Of a stretch of 64,000 nucleotides of DNA, positions 40,331 through 52,350 are shown one piece after another. A program made the translations under genes and the position numbers. Origin of the DNA: Paraspadella gotoi (Eukaryota; Animalia; Chaetognatha); NCBI GenBank assembly GCA_051294375.1, contig CM119263.1, positions 17,094,171-17,158,170 on the forward strand, written 5' to 3'. Below the pieces are notes generated by a model. It saw only the letters and a program-made list of their open reading frames with translations, had not been told where the DNA came from and searched no databases. Position 1 is the stretch's first letter; each line of letters starts with the position of its first letter.

Positions 40331-40510
40331 CCCAGAAAAAAACTGTTTTTAACCAATAGAACATTGTGGCCTTTGGCGGTATTAACATTATTATTTATTT
40401 ATTTTTTACATCCATTACAAAGTTCTCATTTCTAAGGTTATAAAACGTTAATAAAATACATAAATAATTCAACAGAATCATTTTAAAATAAAAAACATAC
40501 ATATGTCCAT

Positions 40511-41038
40511 TAAGGCGGGCCAAAATTGATCACTTTTTATCATTAAGAGTTCTGTAATATAAAATTCATTTGTCCATCATATACTTAATCAATATTTTTA
40601 TCCCTTTTTTAACTAGTGAAGCACAGTATAACAATAAAGCACTTAAATATTTATCAATGATAGGCGATGAAAAAATTTTTTGGTAAAAAAATTATTTTTT
40701 AAGAACGGATTCAGAATAAGTGGGTCAAATAATAGAAAAACTCGTCGTCCCAAAATTTTTAGAGTTTTTGCTAATTTTAAGCAATAAAACAAAAGAATTT
40801 GGAAATCTAGTAGTCATATTTTTTATTTATTTTTTCAATCTCTCCCCGAATCTGTTTTTAAAAATTTTGATTTTGAAAAAAAAAATTCATGATTTATAGT
40901 AATACGATAAACTTTAAATGCTTCTATGTTATTAACTATATAAAAAATCCTAATTTTTTTTTAGTTTCGTCATCCCACAGGGATGCTCTAACGTTATTTA
41001 TATTACAGAACTCTTAGTTTTTACTTTGTTCCGCCTTA
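40511..41038. mobile_element. hAT-type MITE (528 bp) with 8-bp target-site duplication
   Basis: TIR TAAGGCGG...CCGCCTTA, TSD ATGTCCAT at 40503-40510 and 41039-41046, subterminal inverted match taagagttctgtaatataaa / tttatattacagaactctta. Confidence 0.9.
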
Positions 41039-41529
41039 ATGTCCATCTAACATCTGGGTTTTGCTCGATTTTCCGTAATCCCAATCAAAATGGCTTTAAT
41101 TCCTTTTCATTTCAACTCGAAGTGAAAATCAGGAAGAATAAATAAAAAAAGGAAAAAAAGTCAGAATTAATTCATTAATACGTTATAATGCGTTATAACT
41201 GAATAAATTAATATGATTGCGAAGAAATAAATGAATTCATGATTTTGTAACATCCAAGTCATTAATCGAAGTAATCTCGAAAACGGCCATCAAATCTCGG
41301 TGGACGTATTTTTTACCTCAACAGATTCTTAACTTAAGAAATAAGTTAAGTAATAAGTTACTTTCCTCCCGAAAAGAAATTCGGTATATTATGAAATGTT
41401 AACTCGAACTACGAAATTTAAACATGGATCACGTGACCCAAGTCTCGCAGTATTACCAAATCTATCAACGTGAAAGATAATGGGGCCCACAACGTGAAAG
41501 TCATCGAAAACGAAAAGAGCCGAAGAGGG

Positions 41530-41925
41530 GAGGCGAGAGGCGAGAGGCGAGAGGCGAGATGTGAGAGGCGAGAGGCAGAGGCGAAGAGGCAAAGCGAGAG
41601 CGGGAGGCGAGAGGGAGAGGCGAGAGGCGAGAGGCGAGAGGCGAGAGGCGGAGGCGAGAGGGAGGCGAGGCGAGAGGCGAGAGGCGAGAGGCGAGAGGCG
41701 GAGGCAGCAGGCGAGAGGCGGAGGCGAGAGGGCGAGAGCGAGAGGCGAGAGGGCGAGAGCGAGAGGCGAGAGGCGGACAAGAGGCGAGAGGCGAGAGGCG
41801 GAGGCAATAGGCGGAGCGAGAGGCGAGAGGCGAGAGGCGAGAGGCAGGAGGCGGGAGGAGAGGCGAGAGGCGAGAGCGAGAGCGAGAGGAGAGCAACAGG
41901 CGGGAGGCGAGAGGCGAGAGGCGCG
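41530..41925. repeat. (GGCGAGA)n heptamer tandem repeat
   Basis: Direct reading. Explains the ERREA/LASRLSP ORFs on both strands. Confidence 0.95.
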
Positions 41926-42512
41926 GCCAAAATAAAATACGTTCGAATATTGATGCAGAGGGCCGAAGATCATCTCGTAGGAGGAAGAGCCAAAGGGGAG
42001 ACGGAACGGGCGAACCGGAAATAATATCCGGTATTACTTAACCTCTTAACCGTCTTTTGTTTCCCCTCCGCCCTCTCTTCTTCTCTGAAAGAGGGACTTG
42101 GATTAATTATGTAAACAATGGGTGAGGAACTCCTTTCTCTTCTTCCCTCTAAGAATCCAATTATTTCGTTGACTTTACAGAGTCTCTCTTTGCTCTTTCG
42201 CGGTTTTTTTTACTTTTTTGTGGGCTAGGAGGGGGGGAAGGCTTTTAAACGATATAGTATTTGATGAAATAAGGTGTCAAATATATATTTCTAAGATAAA
42301 TTTTGAAACTGACAAATTAGAAAAAGAAGCGTTTAAAGTCTTTTAAATCATACTATATTTATTTTTGACTCGGTGAACGCCGTCTTCTTAGGCCACATGC
42401 AAAAGAGTGATAGATACTCCCTGCACCGACCTCGGCATTTTCTTTCCGCAGGTTTTAACTGATTCGCTTAAGAATACATGAGCTTGTGTGAGTGGTTAAG
42501 GGAAAGATTGAG

Positions 42513-42571
<59 letters not shown>

Positions 42572-43070
42572 GAGAGAGAGAGAGAGAGAAAAAAAAATAT
42601 AGAGAAGACAAAAATCCAGGTGGTATCAATGACAAAGGTATCAGGAACTTGAAAAGTATTATAACTTTTTTTTAATTCTGTTCAACTTTAAAAGAAGCTG
42701 ATCCCTATCTATAGCCAACACCGAATTGGATCTTCTTTTTCGGAGATAAATAGACTTTTTTCCCTGTGTTTCAATTAATCCTGGTTAATTTCCTTTCCTT
42801 TCAAGATTCCAGTTTAACTTTTTTTATTTCTCCCAAAAAATCTTTCTAGTCTCCAATATATTTTTACTCGTTCAGGAGTTATACATAAAATTAAACTATT
42901 AACGAACGAATCCGTTTAACCACGAAATCTCCAAATTTCCTGTATTCTAATTTCCACACCCCCCTTTTTTTTCAATACTTGTCCGAGATAATTTTGAGAA
43001 ATGAGATTTTCGAGCTCAACTTCCTCTTTATTTCCTCTCATTCTCTATAGTCCCTTAACCCCCTTATCGC

Positions 43071-43139
<69 letters not shown>

Positions 43140-46100
43140 ATGAAGGCGCCTAATAAAAATTAATTAAAACATCGTCTTCACTGTCGAGACTGAAAAGGGC
43201 AAATCGCTGTTAAAGGAGGGAAATATCGCCGCCCGTATCTCTCCGACTTCCGGCTTGCGGCTTGCGGCTTGCGGCGGCGGCGGCGGCGGCTGCCGCCTGG
43301 AGAATTCCGCTACAAATTCTCGTCAACTTGGAGGATTTTTAAAATTTCCTCCGCCCTCGTTACTGTTCCCCTCGGTTTCTTTATTTTCTCCGAGGATGAA
43401 ACGAGGAGGGACGCATTCACCCCCTTCCAGCCTTTTCACCTCTCCCCTTCCACCCCCGCGGCAGAAACCCCCTCTCGGGCAAAGCTCTCTCGGCTCCAAC
43501 CCCACGCCCGGGGAACACACGGCGGAAAACCCCTCCCAATCCCATCGGGATTTTCCGGGCAAAGACCAGCCGCTCCCCGCGCGATTAGCGAAGGGGAAAA
43601 CGAAAAGAGAAAAAGGAGAGAGATTCCGAAGTTGAATTTTTTTTTTTTTTTTTTTTTTTGGTTTCGGTGAACTTTTTTATACTATGTGAAAATAGCCGTA
43701 AAGATTGAAATAGGGTCAATCTCAAGAGAGGAAAGACATTTCTGCCATTATTTTCATTCTTTCTTCTTTTTTTCATTTTTAAATTCATCTTTGCCATTTA
43801 ATTATTTATCTAAGCTTGATTTTTTTTTATTTTTAAAATTAAAAAAGTAAAAGACTAAATTAAATTCAAAGTTGATTTTTGTTTTGTTTTGTTTACTTAT
43901 CGAGGTCATCAAAGCCTCGATCCGTTTGATTCGGCGATACAAGAGATTTTGTCGTTGTTGTTGTAGCCGTCGATCAGTTTTTGATCTGATTTTCAGACTT
44001 TGAAATCAGATCGAAAACGCGGGTAAAAACTGCGGACATTCAACTCTATGCTGGCGCAAACAACGTTTGCGGCATCACGACTGCAGCAACTTTCTCCTCT
44101 CTCTCCCTCGTAATCCACTTACATATTTTTTTTCTCGTGGAATTGAGTTGATTTAACGACTTTGAGGACGATGACTATGACGACGAAGACGACGACGAAT
44201 ATCTTTGGAAATTTCACATTTGAGAAATGTGCAAAGAATTTTCAATCCGATCCGAAGTTGGAAGTAAGAGAAGCGTCGTTTCCATGAAGCATCGAAGAAA
44301 TCGCCACCTAATCTGAATTTCCTTCTGGCGAGATTCGTTTCTTGGCAACGCGAGGAGAAACGAAATATAGAAAAGAAAGACGGAATTGAATGTAAATTGT
44401 GGATGCGATGTTTCGCAGATGATCAAACCGCGAGAGAGAGAGAGAGAGAGAGGAGAGAGACGAGAGAGAAGAGACTGAGAGATGGATGAGAGAGTATGAG
44501 AGAGAGAGAGAGAAACCTGATTGCGACCTTCATTTTTTGGATTTTTTTTACCTTCATTTTTTGATCATTTTTTCTTTCTTCGATATTTCTTTTTCAATTT
44601 TGATGAATACTTTTTCTGTTAAAACTTTCTTTATTTCTTGTCATTTATTTTTGTTTCTCATTTTCTCATTTTTTAAAATTATCCTTCTTTCCTTTTTTCT
44701 TTCTTCCCATCTTTTCTTTGTATCAATTCATCCTTTGTTTAACTCTTCGCCGTGGTCATTCATCATTTCCGACGCCATCCAATATTCAGAAATGACTCAG
44801 ATTTTCTGGCGGGAAATCGTCGCTGATCAGAAGGATCGATTAATCAAAGGATCGAATAATCAAAGGATCCATCCTCGCCTTTTATTTTTTTTCTTTTCTT
44901 ATATTTTTTATTTCATATTTTCTTTTCTTCGATTTCTCTTCTGTTCCCCCTAGTGACTTAACTTTTGTGGGAGGTATAGAAAAAAGTCAAGTTTTCTGTT
45001 TAGTGTGAATAAGTGAAATATGCTCTTGTAGTGACGACAAAGTCGACGACGGTGACTTTACCATTCATTGGTGAATCTCACCACTCAACCATTTAGTGGA
45101 GGAAAGTTCCTCACCCACTGTTGAGCGTTACCAACGTTAATTCTGTTATTTTTACTATTGTTATATTTTCCTTTGTTATGATTTTCACTTTTTCTGTTTA
45201 CCATGGTTTTTTAACGATTACATGTAAATATTTGATCGCGAAAACATCTTTTTATTTTTGCCCCCCAAAAAATCATTTGAGTGTCGCCACACTCTTTTGA
45301 TTTCTTTTCATATAGTTTTTTTTTAAAAATGCGTACATAGTGATTTTTAAAAAAAATAATTTTTCTTTTAAATTATTACCTTTTAGGAGTTTTACGCTTC
45401 ATTTATTTTGATTGTTTAATGTTTTAATACAAAATGTTCTCCTTAAAAAAATATTTAGGAGGGTTTTCAATTATTTCCAACTCGAACTCCAACTCTTCTT
45501 TCCTTTCGTGCCCTTTTGTAATTGCGTAACGTACATAGTAAATATCATATACTAAAACTAAAAAACTTATCGTTCACTAACGTAATTCATTCTGAATTTT
45601 AAACTTTCTCTCTGACTCTCGTCTCAGGTGTTTGTTTGCCCTTTTTTTTTCTTTTTTTTTCTCAGGTTAATTGTTCCTTCCATCTTTTTTCCTCCTTTTT
45701 TCTTACCTCCATATTTCCTCCTCCAAAATCCCAGATTTAAAAATCTCTCAATCTTTTTCCTGGAGGCCATCGTTTCCGTCCTAATCGTCCGCAAAGAGAG
45801 AGAGGAGAGAGAGATGAGAGAGAGTGAGAGAGAGAGAGATAGAGAAAAACAAACAAAGAACGAAGATCCTCGCAAACAGAGCTAAAACGAGATATATGAA
45901 AAAAAAGATAGAAAGAAAAAAAGAAAGAAAGAGAAAAGAAAGAAAGATAAGAAAGAAAGAAAATAAAAATAAATAAATAAATAAATAATAATAAATAAAT
46001 AAAATAAATAAATAACATAAATAAATAAATAAATGAGAAAGAAAGTAAGAGAAAGAAAGAAAGAAAGAAGATAAAGAGAAGAGAAAGAAAGAAAGACTTA

Positions 46101-48053
46101 AGAAAGAAAGAAAAGTAGAAAGAAAGAAAGAAAGATAGAAAGAAAGAAAAAAAGAAAAATGTTAAAAAAGAAAAGAGAATAAAAGAAAAAAGAAAAGTAA
46201 GCAGACGAATAAAAAAAACGAGGAACTTGGACGCTTAATATCTTTTTCCTCCGAGATCCCTAAAACTGAAGAGGAAAAGGTAAAGAAAGCCTCGTCTTGG
46301 GACGACGAGAGGAGCCGAAGACGTTTATTTCTGTGGAGCAGAGGAGACATTTATCAAGCCGTTCCAGCCGGAGCGATGACGAAAGGAAGGCGTCGTTCGC
46401 CGCGAGACAGAAGGCTTGTCAACTGGAGCAGGACGACGCGTGCGTCCCCTAGGCAACCGGAGCGAAGAGATTCCGGCATTCCTCCGTATCTGGAGCATTG
46501 ACAATTTCGTTCTTAACTGGAGCGGAAAGTCGCGGAGGCCGGAGGAAAAAGCAAAGTCTCCTCACCTGAGACGCTTATTGATTCTCGGGATCCGGTGGCT
46601 TCCGGTGGGTCGACCTCCCGGGAGGAGTTATTGCCAATTTCCGAGAAAAATGGAGGCACGAAAAGAAAAGAATCGGTGAAACAATATCGCGCTCTGCCTT
46701 TGGTTTTTGGCCGCCCAGGTGCAAGTTCCCGGTCCCCCTGCTTTCGGCAATTTCTTTGAGTTGCCGTCTTTACTTCGCTTTTATTTTAACGTTAACACGA
46801 AATCTTTAAGTAAATAAAGGTCCAGTTATACAGATCGCTTTTGAAGACAAAAGAGTTATTCCCGTGCCTCCATTTCCTTTGGCAAATATCTTCCTCTATC
46901 TCTTAACATTTTGACATCGGTTTTGCGTTGTCTTTCCCCTCGGGCAATGAACTGACGCAGGTGGCGTTCGAAGGATCAACAGTGAGGAACCAAAGGATCC
47001 AATAAACAAAAGATTGTTAGTTCCTATTGTTGTTACTGTTATTTGTATATTGGCCGGTGAAAGAAATTAATATTATTTTGTAGGTTAACCGCCAGTGTTG
47101 TCTTGTTAACTTTAGGCTTTATAAGTTACAAAATATTGCAAACTGTTTTAACCAAAAAAAAGACCAAGGTAGCAAATATCGACCTTGAACCCAGCACTTT
47201 CCCGCCATTGCGTCTTTTCGGCTATCGGAACCAAGAAGCGGAGGGATGACGGAAAGGAAACGCAGGGATGTTATTGTTTATAGTAGAAATCTACTAAAAA
47301 TTTTGTAGCCATTCTTATCTAAAAATAAATATTATAATAAATAGGGTATAGACTCTTATTAAAATTTTTTTTTCTATCTTAATTTTTTAAAAAATTTATA
47401 AATATTTGTTTGAACAGGTGCTCAATTAAAATTTTTAACCCAACTTACTGAGATAGGCCACCCCTATTTATAGCGTGTCTTTATGAAGCATTGAGGTTGG
47501 TCAGTAGTAATTGCCTCAAACTAAAATGCTACCAGATTGATAACCTAAGCAGGTATCGATTAAAGTCGCACCGCCCAGCAGGCATATTCTGCTCGCGCGG
47601 ACGGTATCAGCCCCCCGCCAAGGATAGCTTGGACGGGGCAGAATAAGGAAATCTCCCCGAAGGGGGGGGAGCAAACGGGGGGTGGGCTGATTGTATCCGC
47701 GGGGGAAAGACCAGACAGAATCCCCGCCGGGAAAAAAAACAATGAATATAGTTGTTATGGAAATCGACGATTCGTTCTCGACGTCGAATCGTCGCTCGGA
47801 GGCACGCCCCCCCCCCTCCCCCTCCCCCCGAACCCTACAGTATTCTCACCCCTCCCCTTTTAAAAATCCCTCCTTCCCCTTTTTGCTTCGGTCGATGGGT
47901 CATTCGTCCACCCATTTTCTGGTTAGAGGCGAGATTATCGACCCGTAAAAGCTTGAGGCTTCGGCGGGGAAGGGCGGCGCCGGTCCACCGCAGCGCTCAG
48001 AGCATCGTGGCCAACGAGGGCGCCCCTTCAGTTGATGGGCGCGAACCGGCGTC

Positions 48054-48517
48054 NNNNNNNNNNNNNNNNNNNNNNNNNNNNNNNNNNNNNNNNNNNNNNN
48101 NNNNNNNNNNNNNNNNNNNNNNNNNNNNNNNNNNNNNNNNNNNNNNNNNNNNNNNNNNNNNNNNNNNNNNNNNNNNNNNNNNNNNNNNNNNNNNNNNNNN
48201 NNNNNNNNNNNNNNNNNNNNNNNNNNNNNNNNNNNNNNNNNNNNNNNNNNNNNNNNNNNNNNNNNNNNNNNNNNNNNNNNNNNNNNNNNNNNNNNNNNNN
48301 NNNNNNNNNNNNNNNNNNNNNNNNNNNNNNNNNNNNNNNNNNNNNNNNNNNNNNNNNNNNNNNNNNNNNNNNNNNNNNNNNNNNNNNNNNNNNNNNNNNN
48401 NNNNNNNNNNNNNNNNNNNNNNNNNNNNNNNNNNNNNNNNNNNNNNNNNNNNNNNNNNNNNNNNNNNNNNNNNNNNNNNNNNNNNNNNNNNNNNNNNNNN
48501 NNNNNNNNNNNNNNNNN
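48054..48517. other. Assembly gap (N run); other large gaps at 55059-55226 and 56357-56546
   Basis: Direct reading. Confidence 1.
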
Positions 48518-48740
48518 CCCCATCTCGGATTCGCGCCCGTCCGCCATTTATTTCGTCTCCGAGTTAACGAACAATTAACTACGAAAGGATCTAATTGGAT
48601 CGCGGTCGTCTTCGGCAAAACTCAACGCGAATCCGTCTATCAAAAAAAAAAATGGCGGACGAGAAGGTTTTTTCGTGAGATATAAAAAGAAAACGGAGGA
48701 GAGAATCCTCTTTTCTTTTCTTCAAAACTTATCTTATATA

Positions 48741-49088
48741 TATATTCGTCTTCTCAACTCTATAAGTCACTTTTCGATCGGTCCGTCGGTCTGTCCAACT
48801 TACGTTAAAAATGAAAATAATTTGCCTATATTTCATTTATCATTTGTTAAGACAGAAAAAACTAAAATCTAAGGGACTGCTAGCGCCGCCTTCAGGAAAT
48901 CCTAAAACTATAAGGAATAAAAGATGGAATTTTGATGCAGTGCATCTCATAAATACACAGGCTAAGAAAGTTAATAAGTTATTGTAGTCATGTATTCATG
49001 TCATGTAAGGTCATGCCATGTCAAGAGAAATAGACTTGATAAGGCAGTCACTTCGGCGCAACACATTTGAATTACTGTTCTTGTTATT
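48741..49088 (+). mobile_element. Helentron-associated (DINE-1/HINE-like) non-autonomous element, copy 1
   Basis: Homologous to 55836-56178 (ctataagtcacttttcg, tctaagggactgcta.cgccgccttcagga, ggcgcaacac). GTCY-type repeat near the 5' end, (TCATG)-type central repeats, end in cttgtt. Confidence 0.7.
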
Positions 49089-51984
49089 TCAAGTTCCTTA
49101 CACTCGTAGGTTTCGTCTCTTGTTCCTCTATCACTTCGTCCACTCATTTCGCCATCTCTCAAGTCCTTCTCTTATTTTCGTTTGAACTTTTCCCTCCCGT
49201 TTTCCCTTCCTTTCTTTTTCTTCTTCACCTTCTCTTCCTCTCTTCCTTTAATCCATTCCCTTCCTTCCCTCCCTTCTTTTACCCTTCTGCGATTGAAATG
49301 GATCCTCCTGAGAATGGAAAAACCCACGAGGCGAGAGAGACAAGGCAAGNNNNNNNNNNNNNNNNNNNNNNNNNGAAGCGAGATAGAATGAGAAATCTGA
49401 AGAAAAACTCGATCCTTCATTGAACCCGCTCACTATTCGACCCAGGAGCAAGCTCACCGCCACGCAGCTTCGTCGACCACCCCCTCCTTCCTGCGAAAAT
49501 CCACACGCCACCATGCGCGAACACCTCCCGACTCGCACACTCGACACTCTCCACCCACGCTCCAACCTCCTCACCACGAGCGCACCCCCTCGGCCCCCAC
49601 CTGCACACTCGACAACACCGCACCCACACTCTCCACCTGCACACCACCCCACGCCACACCACGACACAACCTGACACTCTCCAGCCAGCTACACACCGCT
49701 CCTGCGACCCCTCTCCGCCTCGTCGCCCACACCCCCCACCGCTACCGCCAGTCTGCGCAACTCCACACCGAACACGACCACCAGTACGACCCCACTTCGC
49801 ACGCCTCGCCGCCACACACTCAGCTCACCCTAATCTCACCACAACGAAAGTTGAAAATGAAAATAATCCGTTACGACCGTGACGTTTTGGCAGGTCACAC
49901 ACGCCGCTTTCTTTTGAAGCGCGACTCAGATTGTCTTGGGCCTACCAACTCCGGCTTATCGACCCAAGCAACAACAACTGCTGTGCAAGGAACCGAACCT
50001 TAATCGCATTCTATTGATTCGAGCAACTTGGATGAACCAATTGGAAAAGAGGGCGTATTGTCCATGCCGTGAGAAATTGTCGAACCAGGGAAGGCCGAAA
50101 AAGAAACCTTTTTCTCTGGAGGAAGACAAGAATGCATTGTGCTTTGAATCTTGCAATATTCAGGCGAGAGGCAGATAAATGAGAGCCAACCATGAAACCG
50201 AGGGATGAGAGCTCACCTGATGACCGGAGGTAATCACTACAAGAGCTCAACACATTGTTTACCGGAGGACTCGGCTCATACATGAACACTAACCGAATTC
50301 ATAAAAATGAAAGCAAAATGACCACACGTCGTCTGAGGGCACTCGTAAAGAAGCTCATTTTGGAGACCCTAGCCAGCCAGAAGAATCCATTGGCTGAAGA
50401 AAGGGGATGCCGAAGGGCGTCCCATGATTATTCACTCGAAAGATATCACTTGGCGCAAACGCTAAAGATAGCATGCCGAGGAGAAACAAGGAACAGCAGA
50501 TTGGAGCAGCGATTATAACCACTCGAATTGGAGAATGTCAAAGTTTTGGCTGATAATAGTGAAAAAAGGGGAGTGAAATGGATGAAGGACACTGATTTAT
50601 GCAAAGCAAAATTAGTGGAAACTCAGAATGTCGACTTTCTTAAAAAAGGCGATTTGCGGAAGGAAAGACTTCAGATCATCTAAGTACTCAGTCGACGGGT
50701 GAGAAAGTTGCAAGTTTTGACGGACTTCATCATCTTTCTCATAGAAAAGAGATGTATTTGAGAAAAGGGAGCCTAGCGTCGCGACAAAAGAAGATGCCAC
50801 GGGTCCGAGCATCACCGCTGCCATCAAACCCCGCCAACGATATAACGCGCGAACCTGAAACGGCGGGGGGTGAAGCGACTTAAAGTGCCAAGGCCTTTGA
50901 CAGCGTCAACAAGGTCTTTTCATTCATCTGGTATAAGCACGAATTGACTTCAGGAAGGCTGAAAGTTGAACCATGCGTGCCGTGTGATCGCTGTGTAACT
51001 GAACTGGCGCCACATGTCTGGAAGCTTGGCAAAGCTTCCGTCAAAAACTGTCCAAACTGAAAAGCAAACGCTACTGGTTATGCAAAAAAATGGTTTACTG
51101 TTAGTAGGAGTGTCTTGAAGAAGAACCGATTGCTAAACAGTGTAACTATGCCGTAACAATATGCCTGTATTGTACTGCGGGGAGTGGGCCACATCACCCT
51201 AATTGTGCATAATGTTACCGTAATTTGGCCCGCAGACAGCGGGCACCGCCATGACATGATGATACGCGCCGAAAGGGGTGTGGGCCCCGCAAGCCTTCTC
51301 CCTAACAGAAGACACCGGGGTAATCTTTCCCAGCCTCAGACAAATGACATCTTCTCACTGGGTCTGGCACGGCCTGATGCCGGTGGAGTTCGCCCATATA
51401 GTCTAATATGTAACAGAGTTCTTGAAACAAGTTATTGAGATGAAATCCCACCTATGAACTGTCTGAATCGATCAAATTGTTTTGTAGCCCTGAAACCAAT
51501 GAAGTTTGATTAGGCATTTTGTGTTTTTCGTTTCCCGACGCTTCACTTGATTTTAACTATTTACAAGCTAATCGAAAATACATGGGTATGGTAAGGAATG
51601 CGGTGATACAGTTGAAAACTACTGGAATAAAAATGCAACTGATAAATTAAATATTATACTAAAATATTACTAAAATGAATAAGTGTATGAACAGAAACAT
51701 GAAAACGAACAAGAAACGCGCCGAGTAAAAAAGAGCAAAGAAATATATAGGTAAAACTAGATTATTTATCAAGAATTTAAAATTAAAGAATAAATTTAAG
51801 GAATATTAGTTAAAGACTAACTCTTACACAGGACATACTATTTTAAATGCGATCTCCGTTTTAATATTAAAACAACTATATAATCACATAGAAAATAAAC
51901 CAGATACATAAAAAATTGTCGTATATATATATATATATGCGTCGTGTTTAATTCGTCCCATGTGAACGTCACAATCTGATGTAA

Positions 51985-52350
51985 CATGCTGGGCGTTGGA
52001 AATCCACGTTGACGCCAACCCGACCCTTCAAGGGGTCATCGGGCAAACGTCAGCGGCAACCAGCCACGAGGGAATGTGGCGTTGGAACCGCGCCGGCCAG
52101 ACCGCGGAGCTTGAAGGTCGTCATGGGAAAGCCGACGGCAAAACGCAGGCCGGAGGACGTGTTGGCGTCGGAAACCACCGTGCCAACTGACGCTTTCAGG
52201 GTCCTTGGGAAGAGCCGGTGGCCACAGACCAAAGGTGTGTGGCGTGCGGAAAACCGCCGGCAACCGACCTCAGGGTCCATGGGAAACGCCGACGGCAACC
52301 AGCCAAGACAGAATTGTCGGTGCGCTCGCGAAACGCGCGCCAACCAACCG
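51985..52350. repeat. GC-rich ~75-85-bp minisatellite, 4-5 indel-rich copies
   Basis: Recurring tggcgt.ggaa..c, cagggtc..tggga and cgacggcaa motifs at ~51990, 52076, 52162 and 52240. Confidence 0.7.

Noticed and set aside
47562-47650. HDV-like ribozyme
   Set aside because: It lacks the L3 CC / GG P1.1 pairing and a proper J4/2 catalytic segment.
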